A DNA stretch of 64,000 bases. Source: an uncultured delta proteobacterium. Its GTDB lineage: Bacteria > Myxococcota_A > Polyangia > Polyangiales > Polyangiaceae. The notes below the pieces were generated by a model, which worked only from the letters and a program-made list of their open reading frames with translations, was not told the DNA's origin and ran no database searches. Below, piece after piece: positions 11,437-21,098 of the stretch. The stretch spans positions 96,001 to 160,000 of the forward strand of contig CAVQUB010000003.1 in the NCBI GenBank assembly GCA_963716725.1. Direction: 5' to 3'. The position numbers and the translations under genes are program-made. Within the stretch, counting starts at the first letter, position 1. Each line of letters begins with the position of its first letter.

Positions 11437-13149
11437 TCAGCGTTTCGGGCGTTCGTAGACCCAGACCACGGGGACGCCGTCGTACGCGCCCACATGCGCC
11501 GGCGCGATGGTGCCGTAGTCGACCCACAGCTGATACTCGACGCGCAGCATGTGTGGCTCGTGGTGGTAGAGCGCGAAGCTCGATCCGGCGGGGGACCACG
11601 CCGCGCGCAGATCGGCCCGCAGGCGGCCGTCTCGGACCATCTGATCCCAGCTCTGCATCGCGGTGTCGTGCACGTACACCGACGCGTTGGGCGGCGCGCG
11701 CTCGTTCAAGAAGCCCTGCACGGAGCCGGTGGTGTAGCCCCAGAACGATCGATTCAGTCCCAGGCTTGCGGCTCCCGGCGCACCGCCGACCAGGGGCGTG
11801 TAGGCGCCGAGCCCCCAGGGGTGCGAGCCGATGGCGATGGCGATGGGGGCGGCGACGGCGCTGGCGGCGAGTCCCAGCTGGGCCGCGGCGCGGGCCAACC
11901 GGCGGCGCTCGGCGAGAAAGCTCGAGAGCGCCCGGCTCACCAGCACGAAGCCCCGCGCCGCAAATAGCGCCATGAAGGGGTAGGCAGTGATCCAGTGCTT
12001 GGTGCCGCCAAAGATCGGCGTGCTCTTGGAGATCCACGGCGCGTAGCTGGTCAGGATGCAGCCAAGCCAGAGCAGCTCCGTCGAGAACAGCTCGCGGTCA
12101 GCCGGCGACGATGCGCTGGGCTCCGGGCGACCAAGGCGCTTGGCGACGGCGCGCTGCCACGCACCCAGGCGCACGACCAGGCCGCGCTTGGTGGCGTCGC
12201 CAAGGCCGATCACGAACAAGAGCAGCGTGATGGCGGGCACCGTGGCCACCGTCATGACCCAGGCGTAGCCGAGCGGCATCGGCGGCTTCCAGTAGGTCCG
12301 CCCGAGGAACTCCATGTTGTAATATTCGTGGCCCGTGTGAAACGCGACGTAGGCGGCCAGACGTTTCCCGGTGTCGTGCCAGATCCAAGGCCACAGCGCG
12401 TAGAACACCGCGGGACCGATCACCGCCATGGCGATCAGGGCGAGCGGCGCCCGCACGCGTCCCGTGCGCAGCTCCCGCCAGAACCCCCCGCCGCGAGCGA
12501 CGACGAAATGCACGATCAGCGCCGGAGGCAAGAGCCACGAGTTGTGCTTGGTGTCGAGCAAGAGTCCGTAGAGCACACCGGTTGCGATGGCCCAGAGCCA
12601 CCCGCCCCCAGAGATTGATCGCCAGTAGGCATAGGTGGTGAGCAGCCACATGGCCGCCACTGGCATGTCGAAGCAATCGAGGTGCGAGTGGTAGAAGACG
12701 CGTGGCATCATCGCGAGGGAGAGCGCCGCGACGAGTCCGGCCAAGCGCCCGCTGACGCGCCGGCCCCAGAGGTAGGTCACCGCCACGGTGACGCCCGACA
12801 GCACCATGCCGGGGAAACGGAAGCTGGTGCCTTCTTCCGCGATCAGCTTCCACTTGGTGTGCAGGAAGTGGTGCGACAGCGCGAAGAGCGACTTGACCAG
12901 CGCCGGGTGCTCGTTGTTCGCGACCCAGTAGCGATCGATGGTCGCGCGCTCGAAGGCCGCCTTCGGCGAGTCGAACAGGATCTGGAACCAGCCTTGGTAG
13001 CTGCGCGCCGCCTGGAAATAGAAGCCCTCGTCGCGGGCGTAGCCGAGATCGTGGCTCGTGCGGAGCAAGAGCCAGACGTAGCCGACGGCCAGCCCCAGCC
13101 CGATCAGGGGGTCGACGCACGCCAGAACGAAGCGGCGGGCGCGGCTCAT
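11437..13149 (-). CDS. GT-C glycosyltransferase (family 39/ArnT/PMT-like)
   Basis: ATG at 13149; RDEGFY, EHPALVK, FRFP, many TM helices. Confidence 0.85.
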   Translation of the reverse strand: MSRARRFVLACVDPLIGLGLAVGYVWLLLRTSHDLGYARDEGFYFQAARSYQGWFQILFDSPKAAFERATIDRYWVANNEHPALVKSLFALSHHFLHTKWKLIAEEGTSFRFPGMVLSGVTVAVTYLWGRRVSGRLAGLVAALSLAMMPRVFYHSHLDCFDMPVAAMWLLTTYAYWRSISGGGWLWAIATGVLYGLLLDTKHNSWLLPPALIVHFVVARGGGFWRELRTGRVRAPLALIAMAVIGPAVFYALWPWIWHDTGKRLAAYVAFHTGHEYYNMEFLGRTYWKPPMPLGYAWVMTVATVPAITLLLFVIGLGDATKRGLVVRLGAWQRAVAKRLGRPEPSASSPADRELFSTELLWLGCILTSYAPWISKSTPIFGGTKHWITAYPFMALFAARGFVLVSRALSSFLAERRRLARAAAQLGLAASAVAAPIAIAIGSHPWGLGAYTPLVGGAPGAASLGLNRSFWGYTTGSVQGFLNERAPPNASVYVHDTAMQSWDQMVRDGRLRADLRAAWSPAGSSFALYHHEPHMLRVEYQLWVDYGTIAPAHVGAYDGVPVVWVYERPKR

Positions 13150-14057
13150 CGGGTGTCCGCCTGAAAGCAAAAGTGGCGATCTTTGACCACCGAGCTCCGA
13201 ACCTCGATCTCGACCTCGTGGGTCTCGCCAGCGCGACCGGTGTCGAAGCTGAAAGGCGCGAAGCCCTGCTCGTCGCGGTGCGAGTAGGTGCCGATGCTGG
13301 TCCCAGCGACGCGCACCTCGATCTCGACGGGAGGAGCGCCCACGCTGTCCCGAAACAGGAGCCAAGGAAGGCCGCCGTAGCCGCGGATCTTCTTGCCGAG
13401 GGGGACTCGCTCGAACCTCAAGCGAAGCGGCGCGCCCGGAGGTGGATGGGCCCAGATGCAGCGGCGGGGCCGGTACTCGCGGTGGTCGTCGATCACGGTC
13501 ACACCGGCGAAGAACCACTCGCCGGCCGGGCACATGAAACGCTGCGCCGGAAATGTCGGGTTGCCGCCGAGGCCGCCGGACGAGATCGCTGCGTTGGCGT
13601 TCCAAGCGCACGGCTTGGCGCCTTCGAAGACCTTTGCGTGCTCGGGCTTCAGATGGTCGACGAAGTCGAAGCTCACCGGCTCGGGCGCGGGGTTCTGCAG
13701 CGTACGCAGCCTGAAGCGGCCGTGCCTTTCCTCGCTCACGGGTCGCCAGCCCGCGAGCTCGGGCGCGCGCTCGCCCATCGCCGAGATCTCGATGGCCCGG
13801 GCGTAGCGAGTCTCGTCAGGGCGTGCGACGTCGGCGAGAGGCATCAGCGAGTCGCCGAGCGCTTGACGCGCCAGCGGATCGGCCCAACGCGGTGCGACCA
13901 CGACCAGCTCGTCGGTCTTGCGCAACGCAGCGACGGGCTCGCGCAGGCTCGCCCATTCATCGACGCCGGGCGCGCGGCGGGAGAAGTAGTAGTACGCGCC
14001 GAGCTCCGCGATGCCCGCGAGCGGCACGGCCAGCCAGAGCATGCGCCTGCGGGACAT
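13146..14057 (-). CDS. Hypothetical membrane-anchored protein coupled to the GT-C gene
   Basis: N-terminal TM segment, RRCIWAHP motif, 4-bp overlap with the GT gene. Confidence 0.7.
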   Translation of the reverse strand: MSRRRMLWLAVPLAGIAELGAYYYFSRRAPGVDEWASLREPVAALRKTDELVVVAPRWADPLARQALGDSLMPLADVARPDETRYARAIEISAMGERAPELAGWRPVSEERHGRFRLRTLQNPAPEPVSFDFVDHLKPEHAKVFEGAKPCAWNANAAISSGGLGGNPTFPAQRFMCPAGEWFFAGVTVIDDHREYRPRRCIWAHPPPGAPLRLRFERVPLGKKIRGYGGLPWLLFRDSVGAPPVEIEVRVAGTSIGTYSHRDEQGFAPFSFDTGRAGETHEVEIEVRSSVVKDRHFCFQADTR

Positions 14058-14230
14058 GGGGGCGCGAGCTTAGGTCAAAGCGGAGCGATTCTCGGCGGTG
14101 GAGTGCGGCCTGACCGCGAACTCCCACCTAGCGTGGTCAACTTTTCGACAACGCAGTGCGGCGTTTTCAGAATTGAAAGCCTGCCTTGGTACATGCCCCA
14201 CTAACTATCTGAAATCGGGTTCTTTTGGCC

Positions 14231-14246
14231 TGGCACGTCGCGTGCA
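14231..14246 (+). promoter_or_regulatory. Putative sigma54 (-24/-12) promoter
   Basis: TGGCACGTCGCGTGCA versus consensus TGGCACG-N4-TTGC; GG/GC spacing correct; predicted +1 near A14257. Confidence 0.65.
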
Positions 14247-14256
14247 AACTACTTCA

Positions 14257-14418
14257 ATCGGCGGCAGCGAATGGACTGCCAGACAGTTCTCTCTTCCGCC
14301 GAACACTACGCACGGTGACGCTGACGATCCCCCCCCTCCGTTAGTGGCACCGTGCTTTTCTCACCCACGGCAGTGTTGGAACGTCCCCCCCCGGTCCGAC
14401 CTGCCGTGGTTTTTTTTT
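14257..14418 (+). ncRNA. Candidate sRNA, three stem-loops with two C8 loops
   Basis: Stems 14258-64/14296-302, 14310-17/14348-55 and 14365-73/14401-09, then T9; lies directly after the sigma54 motif. Confidence 0.6.
14365..14418 (+). terminator. Rho-independent terminator
   Basis: CCACGGCAG...CTGCCGTGG hairpin followed by 9 T. Confidence 0.8.
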
Positions 14419-14443
14419 GTGCGCCGTGTAGAAGTCGCGGCGC

Positions 14444-15040
14444 ATGTCTCACGCCACTGAGTTCCGCGACGAAGCCATCCAGATCCTGAACCAGCTGGAC
14501 ACCGAGGCCGTCGAGCGGCTCGCCGCGCTGGTGGTGGCGCTGCGCGCACGCGGCGGTCGGCTGTTCGTGCTCGGGGTGGGCGGGAGCGCGGCGAATGCGT
14601 CGCATGCCGTGAACGACTTTCGGAAGCTCTGCGGCATCGAGACCTACGCTCCCACGGACAACGTCTCCGAGCTCACCGCGCGCGTGAACGACGACGGATG
14701 GGAGACGACCTTCGAGCGCTGGCTGGAGGTCAGTCGACTGGGTGACAAGGACATGGTGCTGGTGTTCTCGGTGGGTGGCGGCAGCCTCGAGAAGAACGTG
14801 AGCCCCAACCTGGTGCGGGCGCTCAGCCTCGCAAAGCGCGTCGGTGCGAGCATCGGCGGCGTCGTTGGGCGTGACGGCGGGTACACGGCTCAGGTGGCGG
14901 ACGCCTGCGTGATCGTGCCGACGGTCAACCCCAAGGCGATCACGCCCCACACCGAGGCCTTTCAAGCCGTGGTGTGGCACCTGTTGGTCTCCCACCCATC
15001 CTTGCAGCTGTCGGCGACCAAATGGGAGAGCACGCGATGA
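14444..15040 (+). CDS. gmhA: Phosphoheptose isomerase (SIS domain)
   Basis: GVGGSAANASHAVNDF, LTARVNDDG, SPNLVRAL, PHTEAFQ. Confidence 0.85.
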   Translation: MSHATEFRDEAIQILNQLDTEAVERLAALVVALRARGGRLFVLGVGGSAANASHAVNDFRKLCGIETYAPTDNVSELTARVNDDGWETTFERWLEVSRLGDKDMVLVFSVGGGSLEKNVSPNLVRALSLAKRVGASIGGVVGRDGGYTAQVADACVIVPTVNPKAITPHTEAFQAVVWHLLVSHPSLQLSATKWESTR

Positions 15041-15984
15041 AGTCATTGGTCATCGGCGGCGCGGGGTTCATCGGCAGCCACTTGGTCGATCGGCTGGTGA
15101 GCCGCGGGCCCGTCACCATTTTCGACAACATGAGCGTGGGCAAGCGCGAGTTCGTGGCGGATCACCTGGCCTCGGGCGCGGCCAAGCTGGTGGTCGGCGA
15201 GCTGCTCGAGCTCGATCCGCTCTGCGACGCGGTGAAGGGCCACGACGTGGTCTTTCACCTGGCGGCAAACCCCGAGGCGCGCTGGGGTCTCGACAACCCG
15301 CGCCTCGATCTCGAGCAGGGCACCATCGCCACCTGGAACGTGCTCGAGGCCATGCGCCGAGGCGGGGTGAAGTCCCTGGTGTTCTCCTCCTCGGGCACCG
15401 TCTACGGCGACACCGCCGCCGTCTGCGCCGAGGGCGATCTCGGTGCCTTGCCCATCTCACTGTACGGCGCGGCCAAGCTCGCGGGCGAGGCGCTGATCAG
15501 CGCCTTCGTCGAGTGTTTCGGATTGCGCGGGTTGATCTACCGCTTTGGCAACGTGGTGGGTCCCCGGGGCACCCACGGCGCGGCCCTCGACTTCTTCAAG
15601 AAGCTCGAGAAGACGCCGAACGAGCTCGAGGTGCTCGGCGACGGCTCCCAAGCCAAACCCTACGTCTATGTGACCGACTGCGTGGACGGCATCTTGTTCG
15701 GCCTCGATCGCGCGGCCGGCCCCCTGGACATCTTCAACATTGCGCCGCCCGACACCACCAGCGTCAAGCGCATCGCCGAGCTCTGCGTGGCGGCCTCTCC
15801 CTTCCCGACGGCGAGCATCCGCTACACCGGCGGCGCCCGCGGCTGGCCCGGGGACGTGCCGAAGTCGCGCCTCGCCACCGACAAACTCGGCGAGCTGGGC
15901 TGGCGGGTCCCGAAGACCAGCGACGAGGCTCTACGCCTGGCGGTGACCGCGCTGTCGGCCGAGGTGTTCGGATCGCGATCGTGA
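15037..15984 (+). CDS. NAD-dependent nucleotide-sugar epimerase/dehydratase
   Basis: GGAGFIGSH, FSSSGTVYG, YGAAK, RFGNVVG, GWPGDVP. Confidence 0.92.
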   Translation: MKSLVIGGAGFIGSHLVDRLVSRGPVTIFDNMSVGKREFVADHLASGAAKLVVGELLELDPLCDAVKGHDVVFHLAANPEARWGLDNPRLDLEQGTIATWNVLEAMRRGGVKSLVFSSSGTVYGDTAAVCAEGDLGALPISLYGAAKLAGEALISAFVECFGLRGLIYRFGNVVGPRGTHGAALDFFKKLEKTPNELEVLGDGSQAKPYVYVTDCVDGILFGLDRAAGPLDIFNIAPPDTTSVKRIAELCVAASPFPTASIRYTGGARGWPGDVPKSRLATDKLGELGWRVPKTSDEALRLAVTALSAEVFGSRS

Positions 15985-15985
15985 G

Positions 15986-17266
15986 TCAGCGCTCTTCAGC
16001 GAGCTCGTAGGCTGCGCGGGCGAGACTGGTCACCGCGTCCGCATTCAGGGCCTTGTACGCCAGGCGGTCGGCCACGAGCGCGATGCCTGCGTAGTCGATC
16101 CAAGCGCTGTAGCCCATGGCGCGCACGCGCTGGGCGGCGGCAGACTGGGCGACCTTTGCGGGGTCGCGCTGTCGCGGACAGGCCAAGACGACGGCGGCAA
16201 CCTTTGCGGAAAGATCCGTCCACGAGGAGAGCACGCTGACCAAGACCGGGCGACCGTGGAAGGCCGCCGCTATGGACCAGCGGCTGGCGAAGGTCCCGAG
16301 CTTCTCGAGGGTGGGCGGGGTGTCGCCGATCCAGTGGCGATCGAGCCACTCGAAGGGCGGATCGAGGCCTGCGCCAAACTCTCCGCGCAGCTCCTTCGCC
16401 AGGGAGAGCATGGCCTCCTCGAGGCTCGGGGTCAGGGCGCGAATGGCGTAGCCGATGCTCAGCAGGGGAATGGCGACGAGCGCCATCGACCCCGCCATCA
16501 GCCACGCCCTGATGGCTACCGAGCGTCGCTCGGTCGCGACCCGTGCGCGCAGGAGCGCTCGGTCGGACTTGGCGCGACCCCGGCGCGCGATCTGCAGTTC
16601 GGAGAGCGCCAAGGAGATCACGGCCGCGGCGTGCTCGTCGGGCGCGATCACCACGGCGTGACAGTGTCCGCAGTCCACCGCGTGCTCACCCGGGTGGAAG
16701 GTCAGCGGCGCGCCGCACTCGCCGCAACACACCAAGGTCTGCTGCGCCGCGCCGCTGCCGTGCCACTCCGCGTGTTCCGCCAAGCGACTCCAACGCCGGT
16801 GTCGCGTAGCGCGACGAAACAGGAAAAAACACGCACCCACGAAGCCGAGCAGGAGGCCGAGCCCCACGGCGCCCGACACCGCGCCCACGGTCACTGCGGC
16901 CCAGGTCTCCAGCGCTTCGAACGCCACCAGGAAGCCGGCCAAGACGTAGATGCCCACGGTGAAGAGGAACGGCAGGATCACCACCAGCGCAACGGCCACG
17001 ACGACCGCGGAGAGCGCCTTGCTCTTGACGTTCTCCATCGACGCGGCAGAGCTCCGTTGGCGCTCGAGCGTTCGCTCGTTGCCCAGCGCCACCTGCGCGC
17101 TCGCAAGCGCGTTCCAGCGCTGCCACGCCCGCTGACGGATCTCGTCGGGAACGGGTCGCCAGAGGTGGCAGGTGCGACACCACGACCACGCGGCCGAGAC
17201 GTCCACCGCCAGCGGCGCGCCGCAGCCCTCGCAAGGGACGGCGTCGGCTTCGTGAACCCGAGTCAT
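15986..17266 (-). CDS. Membrane protein with two Zn-ribbon (CxxCGAPL) modules
   Basis: CEGCGAPL..CRTC and CGECGAPL..CGHC, three hydrophobic segments; ATG at 17266. Confidence 0.7.
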   Translation of the reverse strand: MTRVHEADAVPCEGCGAPLAVDVSAAWSWCRTCHLWRPVPDEIRQRAWQRWNALASAQVALGNERTLERQRSSAASMENVKSKALSAVVVAVALVVILPFLFTVGIYVLAGFLVAFEALETWAAVTVGAVSGAVGLGLLLGFVGACFFLFRRATRHRRWSRLAEHAEWHGSGAAQQTLVCCGECGAPLTFHPGEHAVDCGHCHAVVIAPDEHAAAVISLALSELQIARRGRAKSDRALLRARVATERRSVAIRAWLMAGSMALVAIPLLSIGYAIRALTPSLEEAMLSLAKELRGEFGAGLDPPFEWLDRHWIGDTPPTLEKLGTFASRWSIAAAFHGRPVLVSVLSSWTDLSAKVAAVVLACPRQRDPAKVAQSAAAQRVRAMGYSAWIDYAGIALVADRLAYKALNADAVTSLARAAYELAEER

Positions 17267-17273
17267 CGCCGAG

Positions 17274-17516
17274 TCAGTTGCACCACGGCTCCGCGCAACC
17301 TGTCCAGCTCGCCGGCTTCTGTAGGGACTTGCCCTGGGCGACGAGCACGACCTCGGCCTTGATCTCGATCGGCATGTGCGCGGCAGCGCCGCCCGCGACG
17401 GGCCAGCAGGCGCTGCCGCCGGTCGCACCGCCGCTGCCCGCCGGGCCCGCGTCGTCTTCGTTCCCGCAAGCAAGCAGGCACCATGCCGCGAGCGTCACGA
17501 GTATCCAGGGCTTCAT
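17274..17516 (-). CDS. Small lipoprotein
   Basis: MKPWILVTLAAWCLLA-C lipobox and Gly linker. Confidence 0.6.
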   Translation of the reverse strand: MKPWILVTLAAWCLLACGNEDDAGPAGSGGATGGSACWPVAGGAAAHMPIEIKAEVVLVAQGKSLQKPASWTGCAEPWCN

Positions 17517-17571
17517 GCGCTCATTCCTGGCCAGATTGTTAGCACGAAACGCGGCGAGCTATGCTTTCGCA

Positions 17572-18273
17572 GTGACGGCGGTCGACGGAGAGGACGCTTT
17601 CGAGGTGGGCGCGCGCTACCGGACGCGAGCCGCGATCGACGCGCTGCGGGATCGCTTCGCGGCGGGCGAAGTCCTGGTCTATTGGCGCTACGGCTACAGC
17701 CGCTACGACGACGCGCGCGGCTGGTTCTTTCGTCAACCGGGCAGCGCCGCCGTTCGCTCCTACGATCTGCTCGGCGACGCGCCGCTGCTGCGCGACGAGC
17801 TGTTCGAACGCGTGTCGGGTCCGGCAGCGGTCGTGCTCGCGGCGCTGACCGATGATGCAGTGGAGATCGAGCGCCTGCTCGCCGACGGCACTGCCTCGGG
17901 CGATCCAGACGAGGCACTGGACCGTGAGATCGCTGCCGAGCGAGCCCTCGTCCTCGATCGTCCGGGTGCTTCCTCGACGCTGATCACCCGCGGGGCGCTG
18001 GCCGAGAGCGCGCGGATCGCTCTGCTTCAAGTCGCCGCGCAGCACGGTCGGGCTCGGGCTGTCGTCGAGATCGTGGCCAGCGGGATCGCCGCCGACGCCG
18101 CCGCGCCCCACGCTCAGACCGCGCTGGTCTCGGCGGTCTCCGGCGGACACGTCGAGGCAGTGCGCGCGTTGATCGCCGCGGGGGCGGATCCCGATCGGCC
18201 CCAGGCGAGCGGCCCCCCGGCACGTTCGTTTGCACGCGGTCCCGAGATCGCGGCGGCGCTCGACGGGCGCTGA
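17572..18273 (+). CDS. Ankyrin-repeat protein (start uncertain)
   Basis: LLQVAAQHGR..VVEIV..G and TALVSAVSGGHVEAVRALIAAGADPD. Confidence 0.7.
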   Translation: MTAVDGEDAFEVGARYRTRAAIDALRDRFAAGEVLVYWRYGYSRYDDARGWFFRQPGSAAVRSYDLLGDAPLLRDELFERVSGPAAVVLAALTDDAVEIERLLADGTASGDPDEALDREIAAERALVLDRPGASSTLITRGALAESARIALLQVAAQHGRARAVVEIVASGIAADAAAPHAQTALVSAVSGGHVEAVRALIAAGADPDRPQASGPPARSFARGPEIAAALDGR

Positions 18274-18281
18274 CGCTGAAC

Positions 18282-18734
18282 TCAGGCTTGCTCCACCACG
18301 TAGAGCGAGCAGCCCGCGTGGGGCCCCCAGGGGTGCTTTTCGCCGCCCGGCGGATGGTAGTGCTGCTCGATGCGTCCGACGAAGTGCTTGCCGTCGATCT
18401 CGAACTCTACCTCGAAGCCAAAGGGCTTCTTGTAGTGCTCGTCGATGATGGCGCGGGCACGCTTTACGATCGCCACGCTCATCTCGCTGCCCTTGATGCG
18501 GCGCAGAACGCGCGGCTTGGCGGTCTCGTCAGCCACCACCGCGGGCGCCGGCGCCTGCTCGGCGGGCTCGACCTGCGGGCTCGACGGAGCGACGGCGGGC
18601 GACGCGACCTCGGTGGCGACTGCCCGCTGGGCGACCGCCGGGGACACCGCGGGGCTCGGCGCGCAGCTCAGCGAGGCCGAGAGCGTGGCCACGAAGATCC
18701 AGAACGCCGTGACTGCCTTGCATCGATTGCTCAA
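18282..18734 (-). CDS. Hypothetical exported protein/lipoprotein (start uncertain)
   Basis: Hydrophobic segment ending SLS-C, Ala/Pro linker, C-terminal EQHYHPPGG..PWGPH.GCS domain. Confidence 0.55.
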   Translation of the reverse strand: MSNRCKAVTAFWIFVATLSASLSCAPSPAVSPAVAQRAVATEVASPAVAPSSPQVEPAEQAPAPAVVADETAKPRVLRRIKGSEMSVAIVKRARAIIDEHYKKPFGFEVEFEIDGKHFVGRIEQHYHPPGGEKHPWGPHAGCSLYVVEQA

Positions 18735-18862
18735 TTTCCCGTCTCCTGAGCGGGCAGACCCGGGCGTCGGGAAATCGATCACAAAAAGAACGCGTGCCGT
18801 TGTCGACAGGGATTTCCCCCTGTATTTTCTCAATGGCGTGGAGAACACCCACCTCGACCCAC

Positions 18863-20374
18863 ATGCCAACCGATGACCTCGCCGAAGCGGTGACCGCACC
18901 CGCCGACGAGCAAGACGTCGAGCTCGCTCGGGTGCGCGCGCGCGTCCGACAGGGGCTCTTCGGCGGACCGCCGGAGCCGGTGCGGCTCGAGCAGTTCGAG
19001 GTCATCGCCCGACTGGGCGCGGGGGCCATGGGGGTCGTGTACGAGGCCCATGACACCGAGCTCGATCGAGTGGTGGCGCTCAAGTTGCTGCACCCGGATC
19101 TGCGCGAGCAGGCGGCGGGCAGAGGCACCCGAGCGTTGCTCGACGAAGCGCGCAACATGGCGCGGGTGCGGCACCCGGCCGTGCTCACGGTTCATCAAGT
19201 CGGGACCCACGGGGGCCAGGTCTACGTCGCGATGGAGCGCGCGAAGTCGACCCTGAGCGACTGGTTGACGCGGGACCGGCCGACCCCCGAACGCGTTCTC
19301 GAGGTCCTGATCGCTACCGGGCGAGGTCTGGCCGCGGTGCACCGGCAAGGCATCGTGCACCGCGACTTCAAGCCGGACAATGTCCTGATGGACGATAACG
19401 GGCAGCCGCGCGTGAGCGACTTTGGCCTGGCACTCCGGACCGAGGCGCTGGCGCCGGGGTCTCGGGCAGGGACCCCCGCGTACATGGCGCCGGAGCAGAT
19501 CCGCGGCGACGAACTCGACGCGCGCAGCGACCAGTTCAGCTTTGCCGTGACGGCCATCGAGGCGTTCACTGGGCGGCGGCCCTTTGCGGCCGAGAGCATG
19601 GACGCGCAGCTGGAGGCCATTCTCCGCAGGGTGAGCGCTTCGGATCTCGGACCCGGCATTCCAGCCGGAGTCGCCGAGATCCTGCTGCGCGCGCTGGAAC
19701 CGGAGCCCGCGGCGCGCTTCTCGTCCATGGACGTGCTGGTCGAACGGCTCGAGTCGTCGAAGCCGCGCCCGGCGCGGGGCCGGGTGGCGATGACGCTCGG
19801 GATCGCGGCGCTGGTGGTCGGCGGATTCGCGGCCCTGGCGGTGGCAGCGCGCTCCACGAAACCCACCCTCGCGCTGGCTCCCTCGGCGCCCCACCCCTCC
19901 GCGACGTCGAGCGCCACGCCGCCCCCGCAAGACGTCACGCGGCTCTGCGTCACGGGGCTTCGCGCTTCATCCGAGCTGGAGGCTCACCCCGCGCGCCACG
20001 CCTTCGACGGGGTGCCCACCACGGCCTGGTCCGAGGGAACCCCGGGCGATGGCGCCGGAGAGTGGATCGAAGCGGAGCTTCGCGACGGCACCTGGGTCTC
20101 GGAGATCGAAGTCAGCGGCGGTTGGTCCACAACCACGGCGGCGGGGATCGATCTCTGGCTGCACAACTCCACCATTCGCAGCATGCGCGTGTCCTGGGAC
20201 GGCGGAGAGCGCCTGGTGTCCTTCGATCGCCAGACGGATCGCGACAAGCGCAAGCGCGTCCCGATCGGCGCGAACACCCGCCGCGTCCGCATCACCGCCC
20301 TGGAGGTGGACCGCGGTCGGTTCCGTGACTTGTGCTTGGATGAGGTGCAGATCATCGGGCGCTGCAGCCCGTAG
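18863..20374 (+). CDS. Membrane Ser/Thr protein kinase with extracytoplasmic discoidin-like glycan-binding domain
   Basis: LGAGAMGVVY, VALK, HRDFKPDN, DFG, GTPAYMAPE; TM segment; ASS...AFDG..TTAW.EG..G.GEWI. Confidence 0.92.
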   Translation: MPTDDLAEAVTAPADEQDVELARVRARVRQGLFGGPPEPVRLEQFEVIARLGAGAMGVVYEAHDTELDRVVALKLLHPDLREQAAGRGTRALLDEARNMARVRHPAVLTVHQVGTHGGQVYVAMERAKSTLSDWLTRDRPTPERVLEVLIATGRGLAAVHRQGIVHRDFKPDNVLMDDNGQPRVSDFGLALRTEALAPGSRAGTPAYMAPEQIRGDELDARSDQFSFAVTAIEAFTGRRPFAAESMDAQLEAILRRVSASDLGPGIPAGVAEILLRALEPEPAARFSSMDVLVERLESSKPRPARGRVAMTLGIAALVVGGFAALAVAARSTKPTLALAPSAPHPSATSSATPPPQDVTRLCVTGLRASSELEAHPARHAFDGVPTTAWSEGTPGDGAGEWIEAELRDGTWVSEIEVSGGWSTTTAAGIDLWLHNSTIRSMRVSWDGGERLVSFDRQTDRDKRKRVPIGANTRRVRITALEVDRGRFRDLCLDEVQIIGRCSP

Positions 20375-20383
20375 CGCCGGGCT

Positions 20384-21025
20384 TCATCCGTCAGTTTCGT
20401 TCGCGAGGGCGCCGTCGGGGTCTGCCTGCTCGCGGACGGCGTCGGCCCACTTCTCGAGATTGCAGAGCGTCGCCTCGAGCTCTCGGGGCGAGCGGGACAG
20501 GGCCGCGAGCTTCGCTTCGAGCGCCTCCTTGGCGCGCCGCAGGCGGCTGCGCACGGTGCCCTCGGCGATGCCGAGCACCCGGGCGATCTCGGATCCGGAC
20601 ATCTGCTCCCAGAAGTGCAGCTCGAGGGCGATCTGAAGCTCCAGGGGGATCGCCCGCAGCGCTTCGAGCAGCAGGCGATCGCCCACGCGCTTGTCGACGA
20701 GCAGGCTCGGTGTTGGACCGAGGTCGGCCAGCGAGGTCACGCCAAAGTCGGCTCCGGGTTTGCGGTCGCGGTAGCTGTTGTAGAGTTTGTTGCGAGCGAT
20801 CGAGAACAAGTAGGTGCGAAAGCTCGACTCGCCGCGGAACGAGTCGCGGCTCTCCGCGCAGGCGAGAAACACCGACTGCACGAGATCCACCGGATCGTTC
20901 GGGACCTTGTTGCGCAAGAACCGGAACAGGCCCTCGAAGTGCCGCTCGAAGAGCTGGTTGCCCGCCTTCGCGTCCCCCGCCCGCCAGGCGTCGAGCAGAT
21001 CGTAGTCGCTGCGAACCTCGGACAC
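20384..21025 (-). CDS. ECF sigma-70 factor
   Basis: LLDAWRAGD, DLVQSVF, FRTYLFSIARN, EIARVLGIAEGTVRSRLRRAK. Confidence 0.92.
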   Translation of the reverse strand: MSEVRSDYDLLDAWRAGDAKAGNQLFERHFEGLFRFLRNKVPNDPVDLVQSVFLACAESRDSFRGESSFRTYLFSIARNKLYNSYRDRKPGADFGVTSLADLGPTPSLLVDKRVGDRLLLEALRAIPLELQIALELHFWEQMSGSEIARVLGIAEGTVRSRLRRAKEALEAKLAALSRSPRELEATLCNLEKWADAVREQADPDGALANETDG

Positions 21026-21098
21026 GGCTCCAAGCCTTTCACGCCCCGCGCTCCACGGCCACTCTCCTCCGCCTCGGCCCCGTGATAGAGCCAGCGGC

